The position numbers and the translations under genes were made by a program. The notes beneath the pieces are model-generated. The model searched no databases. It was not told where the DNA came from and was given only the letters and a program-made list of their open reading frames with translations. 64,000 nt of DNA from an uncultured Chloroflexia bacterium. GTDB taxonomy: Bacteria > Chloroflexota > Limnocylindria > Limnocylindrales > CSP1-4. The DNA lies in NCBI GenBank assembly GCA_963712745.1, contig CAVQJC010000002.1, forward strand, positions 1-64,000. The letters run 5' to 3'. Every line of letters begins with the position of its first letter. Position 1 is the first letter of the stretch. This document shows, one piece after another, positions 63,884-64,000 of this stretch.

Positions 63884-64000
63884 TCAGGACGTGGGTGAGG
63901 TCCCAGCTACGTCCGGCTTGTCCGGATCTGCTCGCGCGAGCCGTGTCTCAGGCAGCAGGACGCTGAAGGCGAGCCCGAGCAGGATGAACCCGAAAGCCAC
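63884..64000 (-). CDS. C-terminus of a membrane transporter (MFS-like), partial
   Basis: VAFGFILLGLAFSVLLPETR...* final TM helix with LPE motif; runs off the window end. Confidence 0.6.
   Translation of the reverse strand: MAFGFILLGLAFSVLLPETRLARADPDKPDVAGTSPTS

Overview
GC-rich bacterial chromosome segment. The 16S rRNA signatures and gene content suggest Chloroflexota, probably a Limnocylindria/Ellin6529-like lineage (inference). The left end holds a minus-strand rRNA operon (16S, tRNA-Ile, tRNA-Ala, 5' part of 23S) preceded by a Bacillus-like block: tadA-like, tRNA-Ser x2, large SRP RNA, dnaX, ybaB, recR and a small membrane protein. The middle is a mixed housekeeping/accessory region: PPi-type PFK, phnDCEE coupled to a dGTPase and a 5'-deoxynucleotidase, pirin, PhzF, Mo-enzymes, GH13_18 phosphorylase, glnS, peptidases, KdgK, PBP1A and several gene remnants. 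At 53.7-59.5 kb is an integrase-free array of four intact type II toxin-antitoxin operons plus a TetR/oxidoreductase pair. These modules are separated by four diverged direct repeats derived from the 3' half of tRNA-Thr and one inverted 3' half of tRNA-Arg; this is the best candidate for an undescribed system. Other notable items: a TadA homologue lacking the catalytic Glu (HAV, as in eukaryotic ADAT3), a BofA-motif mini-protein at the bofA position, and a 16S helix that mismatches EUB338/341F. Several single-base frameshifts in otherwise intact genes suggest assembly indel errors. All calls come from reading the sequence and from recalled family motifs; no database searches were run.
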